DNA from: an uncultured Candidatus Peribacteria bacterium
GTDB taxonomy: Bacteria; Patescibacteriota; Gracilibacteria; Peribacterales; Peribacteraceae
Direction: 5' to 3'
Length of the DNA: 64,000 bases
NCBI GenBank assembly: GCA_964449445.1
Contig: CAYUZT010000006.1
Coordinates: 12,223 to 76,222 of the forward strand
This document shows positions 44,218-52,102 of the stretch, piece by piece. The stretch's first letter is position 1; the number at the start of each line of letters is the position of its first letter. Position numbers and translations under genes: made by a program. A model generated the notes under the pieces. The model did no database searches. It had not been told where the DNA came from and worked only from the letters and a program-made list of their open reading frames with translations.

Positions 44218-45873
44218 ATGGAGCGGACATGCAGACTCACGGGAAAGACGTTCACCGCTTTGCCCCAAGAAATCGCATTGTGCGAGAGCTTGAACGTTCC
44301 CCTCTCCGATATCTGCCCTGAGGAACGTCTGCGCATTTGCATGGCGGAACGCAATGAGTGGAAGCGCTACCATCGAACGTGCGATAAGACCGGCACTCCT
44401 ATAATCAGCGGCTACCCGCCGGGAAGTCCGTACACGATTTATCGAAACGACATCTGGTGGGGCGATAGTTGGGAAGCTCTTGAGTACGGCCGGGAGTTCA
44501 ATTTCTTTAAACCCTTCTTCGAGCAGTTCCTCGCACTCCAGAACGTGGTCCCGCGCGAAGGCACCTCGGTCTTCCAGTGCGAAAACTGCGATTACAACAG
44601 CCATGTCCGATTTTCGCGCAACTGCTACCTCAATTCACTCGCAGCCAACTGCGAAGATATCTACTACAGTTACTGGACGGTGAGAGGGAAGAACTGCATC
44701 GACTGCGCGTATACCAACGACTGCACGCTCTGCTACGAAGTGATCGACGTGAATAATTCCTATGGTTGCATCGCTCTGCAGGATTCCAGTAACTGCAGCG
44801 ACTGTTTTTTCTCGTATCAACTCACCGGGTGCCAAAATTGTCTGTTCTGCACGAACCTGGCCAACAAGACGTACCACATTCGCAACAAGCCCTGCGGGAA
44901 AGAAGAGTTCGCACAAGCGAAGAAAGCGCTTTTGAACGGGTCACACACCCAGTGGCAGAAAGCCTACGACGAGTGGCGGATCATCCGCAGGGCATGCGTG
45001 CACCGGCCTGTGCACATGCTTCACTGCGAGAACGTGTCGGGCGATCACATCTACAATTCCCGAAACTGCACGGAATGTTTTGAGGGAACGAACTGCGAAG
45101 ACTGCGCATTCACAGTGTCGCTCGGCGACTCCAAGAATGTCTGCAGTGGCTACTCCACCGGCTGGCCGGGCAGCGAGCTCGTCTACTTTTCCAGTATGAC
45201 GCGCGGCGGAACGGATCTCGCCTACTGCACGTACAGCTGGTTCTGCAGCAATATGCGGTACTGCGACAGCTGCCAAAGTTCCCACAATTGCTTTGGCTGC
45301 GTTGGTCTGCGTCAAAAGCAGTACTGCATTCTCAATAAGCAATACTCGAAGGAAGAATACGAATCGCTGAAAGCAAAGATCATCGAGCACATGAAGAGCT
45401 CTGGCGAATGGGGCCATTTCTTCCCGTTGAACTCCTTCCCTCACGCGTACAACGAAACAGCAGCACAAGATCGCATGCCGCTCTCCAAAAAAGATGCGGT
45501 CGCCATGAGTTTCCGCTGGAGTGAGTATGAAGAAGATCCACCCGCAATGAAAAAAATCGTTTCACCAGCACAATTGCCGGACGGGCTCGCGCAGATCTCT
45601 GATGAGATCCTCGACTGGGCGATCCGCTGTCAAAAGAGCAGTCGACCGTTCCGCATCATCAAACAGGAACTCGATTTCTACCATCGTTTTGGACTCCCAC
45701 TGCCGCGCATGCACCCAACGGAACGCCACTTGTATCGCATGTCTCAACGCAACCCCATCACCCTGTGGAAGCGGGCATGCATGAAGTGCGGAAAGGAGAT
45801 TCGGACGACCTACTCGCCCGAAAGCACTGAGAAAATGTATTGCGAGGAGTGCTATTTAAAAGAGGTATACTGA
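44218..45873 (+). CDS. Cys-rich double-zinc-ribbon repeat protein, paralog 9 (N-terminal ribbon degenerate)
   Basis: ORF 44140 trimmed to ATG 44218 (MERTCRLTGKTF...ICPEERLRI); rest of protein family-typical; ends CEECYLKEVY. Confidence 0.85.
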   Translation: MERTCRLTGKTFTALPQEIALCESLNVPLSDICPEERLRICMAERNEWKRYHRTCDKTGTPIISGYPPGSPYTIYRNDIWWGDSWEALEYGREFNFFKPFFEQFLALQNVVPREGTSVFQCENCDYNSHVRFSRNCYLNSLAANCEDIYYSYWTVRGKNCIDCAYTNDCTLCYEVIDVNNSYGCIALQDSSNCSDCFFSYQLTGCQNCLFCTNLANKTYHIRNKPCGKEEFAQAKKALLNGSHTQWQKAYDEWRIIRRACVHRPVHMLHCENVSGDHIYNSRNCTECFEGTNCEDCAFTVSLGDSKNVCSGYSTGWPGSELVYFSSMTRGGTDLAYCTYSWFCSNMRYCDSCQSSHNCFGCVGLRQKQYCILNKQYSKEEYESLKAKIIEHMKSSGEWGHFFPLNSFPHAYNETAAQDRMPLSKKDAVAMSFRWSEYEEDPPAMKKIVSPAQLPDGLAQISDEILDWAIRCQKSSRPFRIIKQELDFYHRFGLPLPRMHPTERHLYRMSQRNPITLWKRACMKCGKEIRTTYSPESTEKMYCEECYLKEVY

Positions 45874-45877
45874 GTTC

Positions 45878-47566
45878 ATGCAGCACGCATGCAGCAACTG
45901 CAAAGCAGCATTCGAGATCCCTCAGGACGATCTCGACTTTTACGATCGTGTGTCACCGGTGATTGCCGCGAAGAAGTATGCAATTCCACCGCCAACCCAT
46001 TGTCCCGACTGTCGGCAGCAACGCCGGCTCGCGCAGTGCAATGAGTTCAATCTCTACCCGGGTGAATGCGGTCTCTGTAAAAAGCGAACACTTACGCAAT
46101 TTCCGAAAGACAGTGGAATTCCCTACTACTGCCGAGAATGCTGGCACAGTGATACGTGGGATGCACTCTCGTATGGACGAGATATCGACTTCTCACGCCC
46201 ATTCTTTGAACAACTCTCCGAGTTAAAACGGGCGGTGCCGTCACTCGCGCTCGATGTACAAGGAGAACTGACAAATTCCGAGTACATCCATTTTGCAGGC
46301 AGCTCGAAGAATTGCTATCTGATCATGCACGCAGACTTCTGCGAAGATTGCATGTACGGATACGGCTTCAAACATAATCGTTCCTGCATCGACGGCTTTT
46401 ACAATCTCCAATGCGAACGGTGCTACGACTGCATCGATATTCTCAAATGCTATAACCTCATCCACTGCCAAGACTGTACCAACTGCTCTGATGGAGCATT
46501 CTTACGTGACTGCATTGGCTGCAGAAATTGCTTCCTCTGCGTGGGACAACGAAATAAGGAATTCTGCTTTGGCAATGAGCAAATGACGCGTGAACAGTAT
46601 GAGAAGAAAATCAAAGAGCACGGCCTGCGTTCTCATCGTCAGTACCAAGAATGTGCTACTCAACGAAGGAATCTGGAAGCTACTCACCCGTTCAAATTCT
46701 TCCAGGGAAACAACATCGAAAGCAGCACCGGGGATCATTTGAATAACTGTAAGAATGTTTACCAGAGCTTCGATTGTGAAAACGTGGAGCAGGGAAAATT
46801 CCTCTACCAGATCGTCACCGGTGCCAAAGATGTGCAAGATATCTATCAGTATGGTCTCAACTTGCAACAATCATACGAGTGCGCGATTGTCGGAGAAAAC
46901 AGTTATCATTTGCTCTTTACCTACGGTGGTCATACGGCCTCAGACCTGGTGTATTGCTGGTACGCAGAGCGGAGCAAGTCGTGCTTCGGATGCGTAAACC
47001 TCTCACAGAAAAAACATTGCATCTTCAATAAGCAATACACGCCGGAAGAATATGATGCATTGGTCCCGAAGATCATCGAACATATGAAAAAGACAGGTGA
47101 ATGGGGTCAATTCCTTCCCATGAATATTTCACCATTCGGTTATAACAGGACAACTGCACAGCAATATTACCCTCTCGAAAAATCCGACGCTTTAGAGAAA
47201 AACGCGTGTTGGGATGATATTGATTTACCAGTGCCGGAAGCAACGAAGGTGATTCCCGCGGAGCGCTTACCCGATGACATCAAAGACATTCCCGATGATG
47301 TGCTCAACTGGGCGATCACATGTGAGGTCACTGGCCGACCGTTCAAAATCCAGCCTCAGGAATTGCGCTTTCTTCGCGAGTTCGGACTTCCACTACCCCG
47401 CCGCGCTTGGCATCAGCGTCACCTTGATCGTTTTCAAGCTCGAAATCCAAGAAAATTCTGGAACAGGACGTGTGGGAAGTGCCAGAAAGCCATTCAGACA
47501 ACCTACGCACCAAACAGGCCCGAGATTGTGTATTGTGAAAATTGCTACCTTTCCGAAGTATATTAG
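45878..47566 (+). CDS. Cys-rich double-zinc-ribbon repeat protein, paralog 10
   Basis: N-terminal module keeps four Cys pairs (CSNC, CPDC, CGLC, CREC); ends CENCYLSEVY. Confidence 0.9.
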   Translation: MQHACSNCKAAFEIPQDDLDFYDRVSPVIAAKKYAIPPPTHCPDCRQQRRLAQCNEFNLYPGECGLCKKRTLTQFPKDSGIPYYCRECWHSDTWDALSYGRDIDFSRPFFEQLSELKRAVPSLALDVQGELTNSEYIHFAGSSKNCYLIMHADFCEDCMYGYGFKHNRSCIDGFYNLQCERCYDCIDILKCYNLIHCQDCTNCSDGAFLRDCIGCRNCFLCVGQRNKEFCFGNEQMTREQYEKKIKEHGLRSHRQYQECATQRRNLEATHPFKFFQGNNIESSTGDHLNNCKNVYQSFDCENVEQGKFLYQIVTGAKDVQDIYQYGLNLQQSYECAIVGENSYHLLFTYGGHTASDLVYCWYAERSKSCFGCVNLSQKKHCIFNKQYTPEEYDALVPKIIEHMKKTGEWGQFLPMNISPFGYNRTTAQQYYPLEKSDALEKNACWDDIDLPVPEATKVIPAERLPDDIKDIPDDVLNWAITCEVTGRPFKIQPQELRFLREFGLPLPRRAWHQRHLDRFQARNPRKFWNRTCGKCQKAIQTTYAPNRPEIVYCENCYLSEVY

Positions 47567-47572
47567 CAATTT

Positions 47573-47606
47573 TCACCCTGAGCGAGCGAAGCGAGTCGAA
47601 GGGTGA
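47573..47606. repeat. Hairpin element tcaccct-N20-agggtga
   Basis: 7-bp stem read directly, 6 nt after paralog-10 stop. Confidence 0.75.
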
Positions 47607-47607
47607 G

Positions 47608-47634
47608 GAGTGCTATCTGAAAGAGGTGTATTGA
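47608..47634 (+). pseudogene. Orphan 3'-terminal fragment of a paralog (encodes ECYLKEVY-stop)
   Basis: gag tgc tat ctg aaa gag gtg tat tga, 1 nt after the hairpin; no upstream body. Confidence 0.6.
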
Positions 47635-47690
47635 TCTTGCTCATCACTTAAAAGTACGATATACTTACTTTTGTACTTCCTTACCTTTCT

Positions 47691-47936
47691 ATGACAACGA
47701 AAGTTCTCAAGAGCACAGAACGCGGACAGATCACGCTCCCCAAACAATGGAGGAATCACTTCTCCACCGATAACTACCTGGTGGAAATGCATGATGACAG
47801 GCTCGTGATCATACCCTTTCATCTCAACAAGGCTTCTGATGAAGAAGTGCTCTTTGATGCAGATCGCGACAATGACGGTAAGGGAGTGAGCCCGGACGAG
47901 ATTATCCGCGCTCTCAAGAAAATTCGTCATGGATGA
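47691..47936 (+). CDS. AbrB/MazE (SpoVT-AbrB)-type antitoxin
   Basis: 81 aa; ERGQITLPKQWRNHF looped-hinge-helix motif; overlaps toxin gene by 8 nt. Confidence 0.6.
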   Translation: MTTKVLKSTERGQITLPKQWRNHFSTDNYLVEMHDDRLVIIPFHLNKASDEEVLFDADRDNDGKGVSPDEIIRALKKIRHG

Positions 47937-48180
47937 GATTGAGAAAATTCTCCGCGCCCTCACTCCAAAAGAAAAGGAGGCAATGCTCCTTCTCATGGAG
48001 CAGGTGAAGCGCGACTATCGGAAGATTCCTGGTGTTGTCGCTCTCCAAGGAATGAAAGGGTGGTTTCGCATTCGGATGGGAAAGTATCGAATAATCTTCG
48101 CTGTGGATCCTGTGACCAAGAAAACGGAGATAAGACGCATAACGAGGAGAAATGAGAGCACGTACAAGCGTTTGGGATAG
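47929..48180 (+). CDS. RelE/ParE-family toxin
   Basis: 83 aa; FRIRMGKYRIIFAVDPVTKKTEIRRITRRNESTY, close in pattern to the toxin at 6200. Confidence 0.65.
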   Translation: MDEIEKILRALTPKEKEAMLLLMEQVKRDYRKIPGVVALQGMKGWFRIRMGKYRIIFAVDPVTKKTEIRRITRRNESTYKRLG

Positions 48181-48222
48181 AAATTTCGCAATTCGACGAC
48201 ACCTGAGCGGTATACTGACCTG

Positions 48223-49902
48223 GTGCAGAAATCATGCAAGAACTGCGGCCAATCGTTTCAGATCACGCAGGAGGATCTCGACTTTTACGATCGAGTGTCG
48301 CCGGTGATTGCCGCGAAGAAGTATGCAATTCCCCCACCGACATTCTGTCCGGATTGTCGAATGCAACGGCGGTATACATTTCGGAATGAGCGCATTCTCC
48401 ACCGACGCCAATGCTCTGCAACCGGCAAAGGCATCATTTCCATTTTTGCCCCAGAAGCACCCTATGTTGTCTATAGTACGGATGCATGGTGGACAGATAC
48501 GTGGGATGCGAAAAGTTTCGGACAGGAGTTTGATTTCTCGAAACCGTTTTTTGAACAATTTGAGTCACTATTCCACAAAGTTCCGCAGCTTGCATTGATG
48601 AATGCCGATTGTGAGAACAGCGAATACGCCAATCAGTGCTATCACAACAAGAACTGCTACATGACGATCGCTACAGACCTCAGCGAAGACTGTTATTACG
48701 TCGAAAATTCATTTTCCTGTAGAAATTGCATTGATTGCCTGGGTCTTCACGATTGCGAACTGTGCATAGAGAGTATCAATTCCATTAAGTGCTACAAGAC
48801 ATTTTTCAGCAGGGACTGTGTCAACTGCTCAGACTGTCTGTTTAGCAGTTTTTGTCGCGGCTGCACGTCATGCTTTGGATGTTGCGGGTTACGCAATAAA
48901 AAATACTGCTTCTTTAACGATCAGCTGACGAAGGAAGATTATGAAAAGAGAATACGAGAAATCGAACTCACTCCTTCTGCTATCGCTCTGTATCGTAAAA
49001 AAGCCTACGACTTTGAACTCACACTTCCCCATCCCCATGCCATTCTGACAAATTGCGAAAATAGCACGGGGGACTATATCGAAAATTCCAAGAATGCGAT
49101 CGATTGTTACGACGGTCGCAATGTCGAAGATTCAAAATATTGTTCTCTCGTCCCGCTCATGACGAAAGATTGCTACGACATCACCGGCGGAAGTGGAACA
49201 CTTTTCTATGAGTGCTTTTCTGTTGGACCGGGATCGAACAATCTCTTCTGCGGACTCAGCTGGAACGACGTCTACAACCTGCTGTACTGCTTCCTGTGTG
49301 TGAATAATAGCCGCAATCTATTCGGCTGTGTGGGAATGAAGCACGGCAAGTATTGCATTCTCAACAGGCAATATTCGAAAGAGGAATTTGAAGAGCTCGT
49401 CCCGAAAATCATTGTCCACATGCAAAAAACTGGAGAATGGGGAGAAATGTTTCCTTCATCGCTCTCTCCGTTCGGATACAACGAAACCATTGCTCAAGAG
49501 TATTTTCCCCTTTCAGAAAAAGAAGCGAGGAAGAAGAATTTCAAATGGAGACACCAAAGGGATGAACCTCCGAACGTTAAGAAAATTGTCGATGCACAAA
49601 ACCTCCCGGAGCGCATCAATGATATTCCGGATGACATCCTCAACTGGGCTATCCGTTGCGAAGTCACGGGAAGGCCATTCAGGCTCATTACGCAGGAACT
49701 GGATTTCTATCGTCGGCAGAACTTGCCTGTTCCTAGTCTCCATCCCGACGAGCGACATCGTCGACGCTTTTCTTTACGCAACCCCCGCAAACTCTGGACG
49801 AGAACGTGTACGAAGTGTCGGACAGAGATCCAGACGTCGTATGCTCCCGAGAGACCGGAGATTGTGTACTGTGAAAATTGCTATCTCAGGGAAATGTATT
49901 AA
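48223..49902 (+). CDS. Cys-rich double-zinc-ribbon repeat protein, paralog 11
   Basis: GTG start 6 nt after TATACT; MQKSCKNCGQSFQI; ~66 nt near-identical to paralog 10 at the DLDFYDRVSPVIAAKKYAIPPPT segment. Confidence 0.9.
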   Translation: MQKSCKNCGQSFQITQEDLDFYDRVSPVIAAKKYAIPPPTFCPDCRMQRRYTFRNERILHRRQCSATGKGIISIFAPEAPYVVYSTDAWWTDTWDAKSFGQEFDFSKPFFEQFESLFHKVPQLALMNADCENSEYANQCYHNKNCYMTIATDLSEDCYYVENSFSCRNCIDCLGLHDCELCIESINSIKCYKTFFSRDCVNCSDCLFSSFCRGCTSCFGCCGLRNKKYCFFNDQLTKEDYEKRIREIELTPSAIALYRKKAYDFELTLPHPHAILTNCENSTGDYIENSKNAIDCYDGRNVEDSKYCSLVPLMTKDCYDITGGSGTLFYECFSVGPGSNNLFCGLSWNDVYNLLYCFLCVNNSRNLFGCVGMKHGKYCILNRQYSKEEFEELVPKIIVHMQKTGEWGEMFPSSLSPFGYNETIAQEYFPLSEKEARKKNFKWRHQRDEPPNVKKIVDAQNLPERINDIPDDILNWAIRCEVTGRPFRLITQELDFYRRQNLPVPSLHPDERHRRRFSLRNPRKLWTRTCTKCRTEIQTSYAPERPEIVYCENCYLREMY

Positions 49903-50168
49903 TGCAATTTTTCGAGGAATTTGCTGATTTTTGCCAACAGAGATGGCAAGCTGCATTCATGAGACTTTGTTATAGAAATAGGCGCATACCACGACATGAG
50001 AGAGCCCCTTCTCAATGGGCAGGTCGATGGGATGCTCTTAAGACTATTGAGATTGATGTCACATCTCCGGTTCCCATCACTGATATCAATGCCACCTCAA
50101 CAAGCTTCAATTGCCTTGCAGATGAACAAGACCTCTATTCTATAGAAGACAAGTGATAGAATTTCCGC

Positions 50169-51836
50169 ATGCGAAAAATCTGTGCAAACTCCTGGTGCAA
50201 AGCGGCATTTGAGATCTTGGAGGATGATCGCGCGATGGCGGCGAAGTTTGATGTGGAGTGGGATCCGAAGCATTGCCCTTCCTGCAGGCACATCTACCGC
50301 GCAATGTTTGCCGCCAACCTGATTCTCCACAGCAGGAAATCCGATCTTTCCGGCAAGTCTCTTCTCTCTATTTTCAGCGAACGAAAGCCGTTTCCCGTGT
50401 ACTCGGTGGACGAGTGGTGGAGTGATAGCTGGGATGGAATGACGTACGGCCAGCCTGTCGATCTTTCCCGTCCATTCTTTCCACAATTCGAAAATCTTTT
50501 TGTGAAAGTTCCCAAAATGGCCACGTTGAATGAAAACAGCGAGAACTGTGATTACAGCTGCAACACCGGCAACACAAAGAATGCGTACTATTGTTTGCGC
50601 GCGTACAGATCCGAGGACATGTACTACTCGGAATCTGTCACCGGATACAACCATGATCTCATCGACTGTCTTAGATGCCAGAAATCCAGCGAATGTTGGG
50701 AGTGTGTGCAGTGCGTGGACTGCCACTACGGCGTGTTTCTGCATCGGTGCTTCGGCACGCGCGACAGCGCCTTCTGTATCGACTGCCGGGGCTGCGACAA
50801 TTGTCTGTTCTGCTCGAATTTGCGCAATACGTCGTACCACGTGGATAACCGTCCTGTTTCCAAAGAGGAATTCACGAAAATCAAAGCGACTGTCCTCGAT
50901 GGGCGCCAGTCCACATTGCTGCAGAATCTGGAAAGAATGAACAATGTACACAAGCGAACGATCTGGCCGAATGTCTTGCAAGTAAATTGCGAAGACTGCC
51001 GGGGTGATCAGTTGCTCAATTGCAAAGCCTGCGTTGAATGCTACGACTGCTGCAATTGTTTCCAGAATCGACAATGTTGGGATCTTTCACCGAGCAAGGA
51101 ATGCGTCAGTTGGATGGAGGTGACCAGAGGTGGCATTGGCGAACTCGTGTTCAACTCCGGCAGCATCGGCGGAGGAAATTACTTCATCCGCATGTGTGCA
51201 AAATGCCGACTGAGCAGTAATCTGACGTACTGCATCGACTGCTACTCCTGCAAAGACTGCTTTGGATGCACGGGACTTCGTAACAAGCAGTTCTGCATTC
51301 TCAATACGCAATACACAAAGGAGGAATACGAAAAAACGGTGCGCGATGTGATCACACACATGAAGAAGACGGCTGAGTGGGGACAATTTTTCCCGGTGGA
51401 CTGCTCCCCTTTTGCATTCAATGAGTCATCAGCAATGACCTACCTCACCCTTTCGAAGGAAGAAGTCCTCTCGCGCGGCTGGCGATGGGAGGATCAACCG
51501 GAACTTTCGCAAGATGGAGAAGAGCATCGTTCAACACTCCCCGACAGTATCGATGAAGTGACCGATGACATCACAACGAAAATTCTCTTCTGCGAACAAA
51601 CAGGACGAAAATTCAAAATCATTCCACAGGAATTGCACTACTACCGGCTTTTCCACTGTCCCCTCCCTCGTCATCATCCCGATGTTCGCATGCGGCGCAG
51701 GCGCGACATGCTCAATCCCTACCGGCTGTGGAAAAGAAAGTGCGCGAAGTGCGCAGCGAACATCGAAACCTCGTTTGCGCCGGACAGGCCGGAGATCGTC
51801 TACTGCGAGCGTTGTTATCTTGAAACAGTCTACTGA
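50169..51836 (+). CDS. Cys-rich double-zinc-ribbon repeat protein, paralog 12 (divergent N-terminus)
   Basis: MRKICANSWCKAAFEI...HCPSCRH; TGATAGAAT extended -10 lies 6 nt before the ATG; ends CERCYLETVY. Confidence 0.85.
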   Translation: MRKICANSWCKAAFEILEDDRAMAAKFDVEWDPKHCPSCRHIYRAMFAANLILHSRKSDLSGKSLLSIFSERKPFPVYSVDEWWSDSWDGMTYGQPVDLSRPFFPQFENLFVKVPKMATLNENSENCDYSCNTGNTKNAYYCLRAYRSEDMYYSESVTGYNHDLIDCLRCQKSSECWECVQCVDCHYGVFLHRCFGTRDSAFCIDCRGCDNCLFCSNLRNTSYHVDNRPVSKEEFTKIKATVLDGRQSTLLQNLERMNNVHKRTIWPNVLQVNCEDCRGDQLLNCKACVECYDCCNCFQNRQCWDLSPSKECVSWMEVTRGGIGELVFNSGSIGGGNYFIRMCAKCRLSSNLTYCIDCYSCKDCFGCTGLRNKQFCILNTQYTKEEYEKTVRDVITHMKKTAEWGQFFPVDCSPFAFNESSAMTYLTLSKEEVLSRGWRWEDQPELSQDGEEHRSTLPDSIDEVTDDITTKILFCEQTGRKFKIIPQELHYYRLFHCPLPRHHPDVRMRRRRDMLNPYRLWKRKCAKCAANIETSFAPDRPEIVYCERCYLETVY

Positions 51837-51871
51837 TACGATCTTGTACAACTTGCAGCTAGAGAGCGAAG

Positions 51872-51903
51872 CCCACCGTAGCTCCGCCAGGAGCGAAGGT
51901 GGG
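51872..51903 (+). repeat. REP-like hairpin cccaccgtagctccgccaggagcgaaggtggg
   Basis: Outer CCCACC/GGTGGG and inner GCTCC/GGAGC stems; same family as the hmgA insert. Confidence 0.75.
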
Positions 51904-51904
51904 T

Positions 51905-51934
51905 GAAAAGTGTTATTTGGAAGTGGTGTATTGA
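51905..51934 (+). pseudogene. Orphan 3'-terminal fragment of a paralog (encodes EKCYLEVVY-stop)
   Basis: gaa aag tgt tat ttg gaa gtg gtg tat tga, 1 nt after the hairpin. Confidence 0.55.
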
Positions 51935-51940
51935 TCGAAG

Positions 51941-51978
51941 AACCCTCACCCTAACCCTCTCCCTTAAAAGGGAGAGGG
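51941..51978 (-). repeat. Type-1 hairpin element, inverted copy of 27098-27135
   Basis: aaccctcaccctaaccctctcccttaaaagggagaggg; its reverse complement matches 27098-27135 except within the 6-nt loop. Confidence 0.85.
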
Positions 51979-52102
51979 AACTGTTTTCTCTTTTGCTGGA
52001 AGCCAATCTCTGGCACACTATACCGTATGGCACTGCGGTACATCCCTTCGACTCGTCGCTCCGCTCCTCACTCAGGGCAGGACCCTTACCTCACGTAATA
52101 CT

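Noticed and set aside
49878-50156. 92-aa ORF in the paralog 11/12 spacer
   Set aside because: It overlaps the paralog-11 3' end, sits in an AT-rich spacer, and has no motif and no start context.
25395-51836. Paralog array as secreted or surface variant antigens (Giardia-VSP-like) or adhesins
   Set aside because: No signal peptide, lipobox or TM helix is present in any of the 12 copies. The CxxC richness alone does not support a surface role.
25395-51978. Array as an integron, cassette array or transposon
   Set aside because: No integrase, transposase or recombinase gene is present in the window. The hairpins lack a consistent attC-like layout. Seven copies abut with no intervening element.
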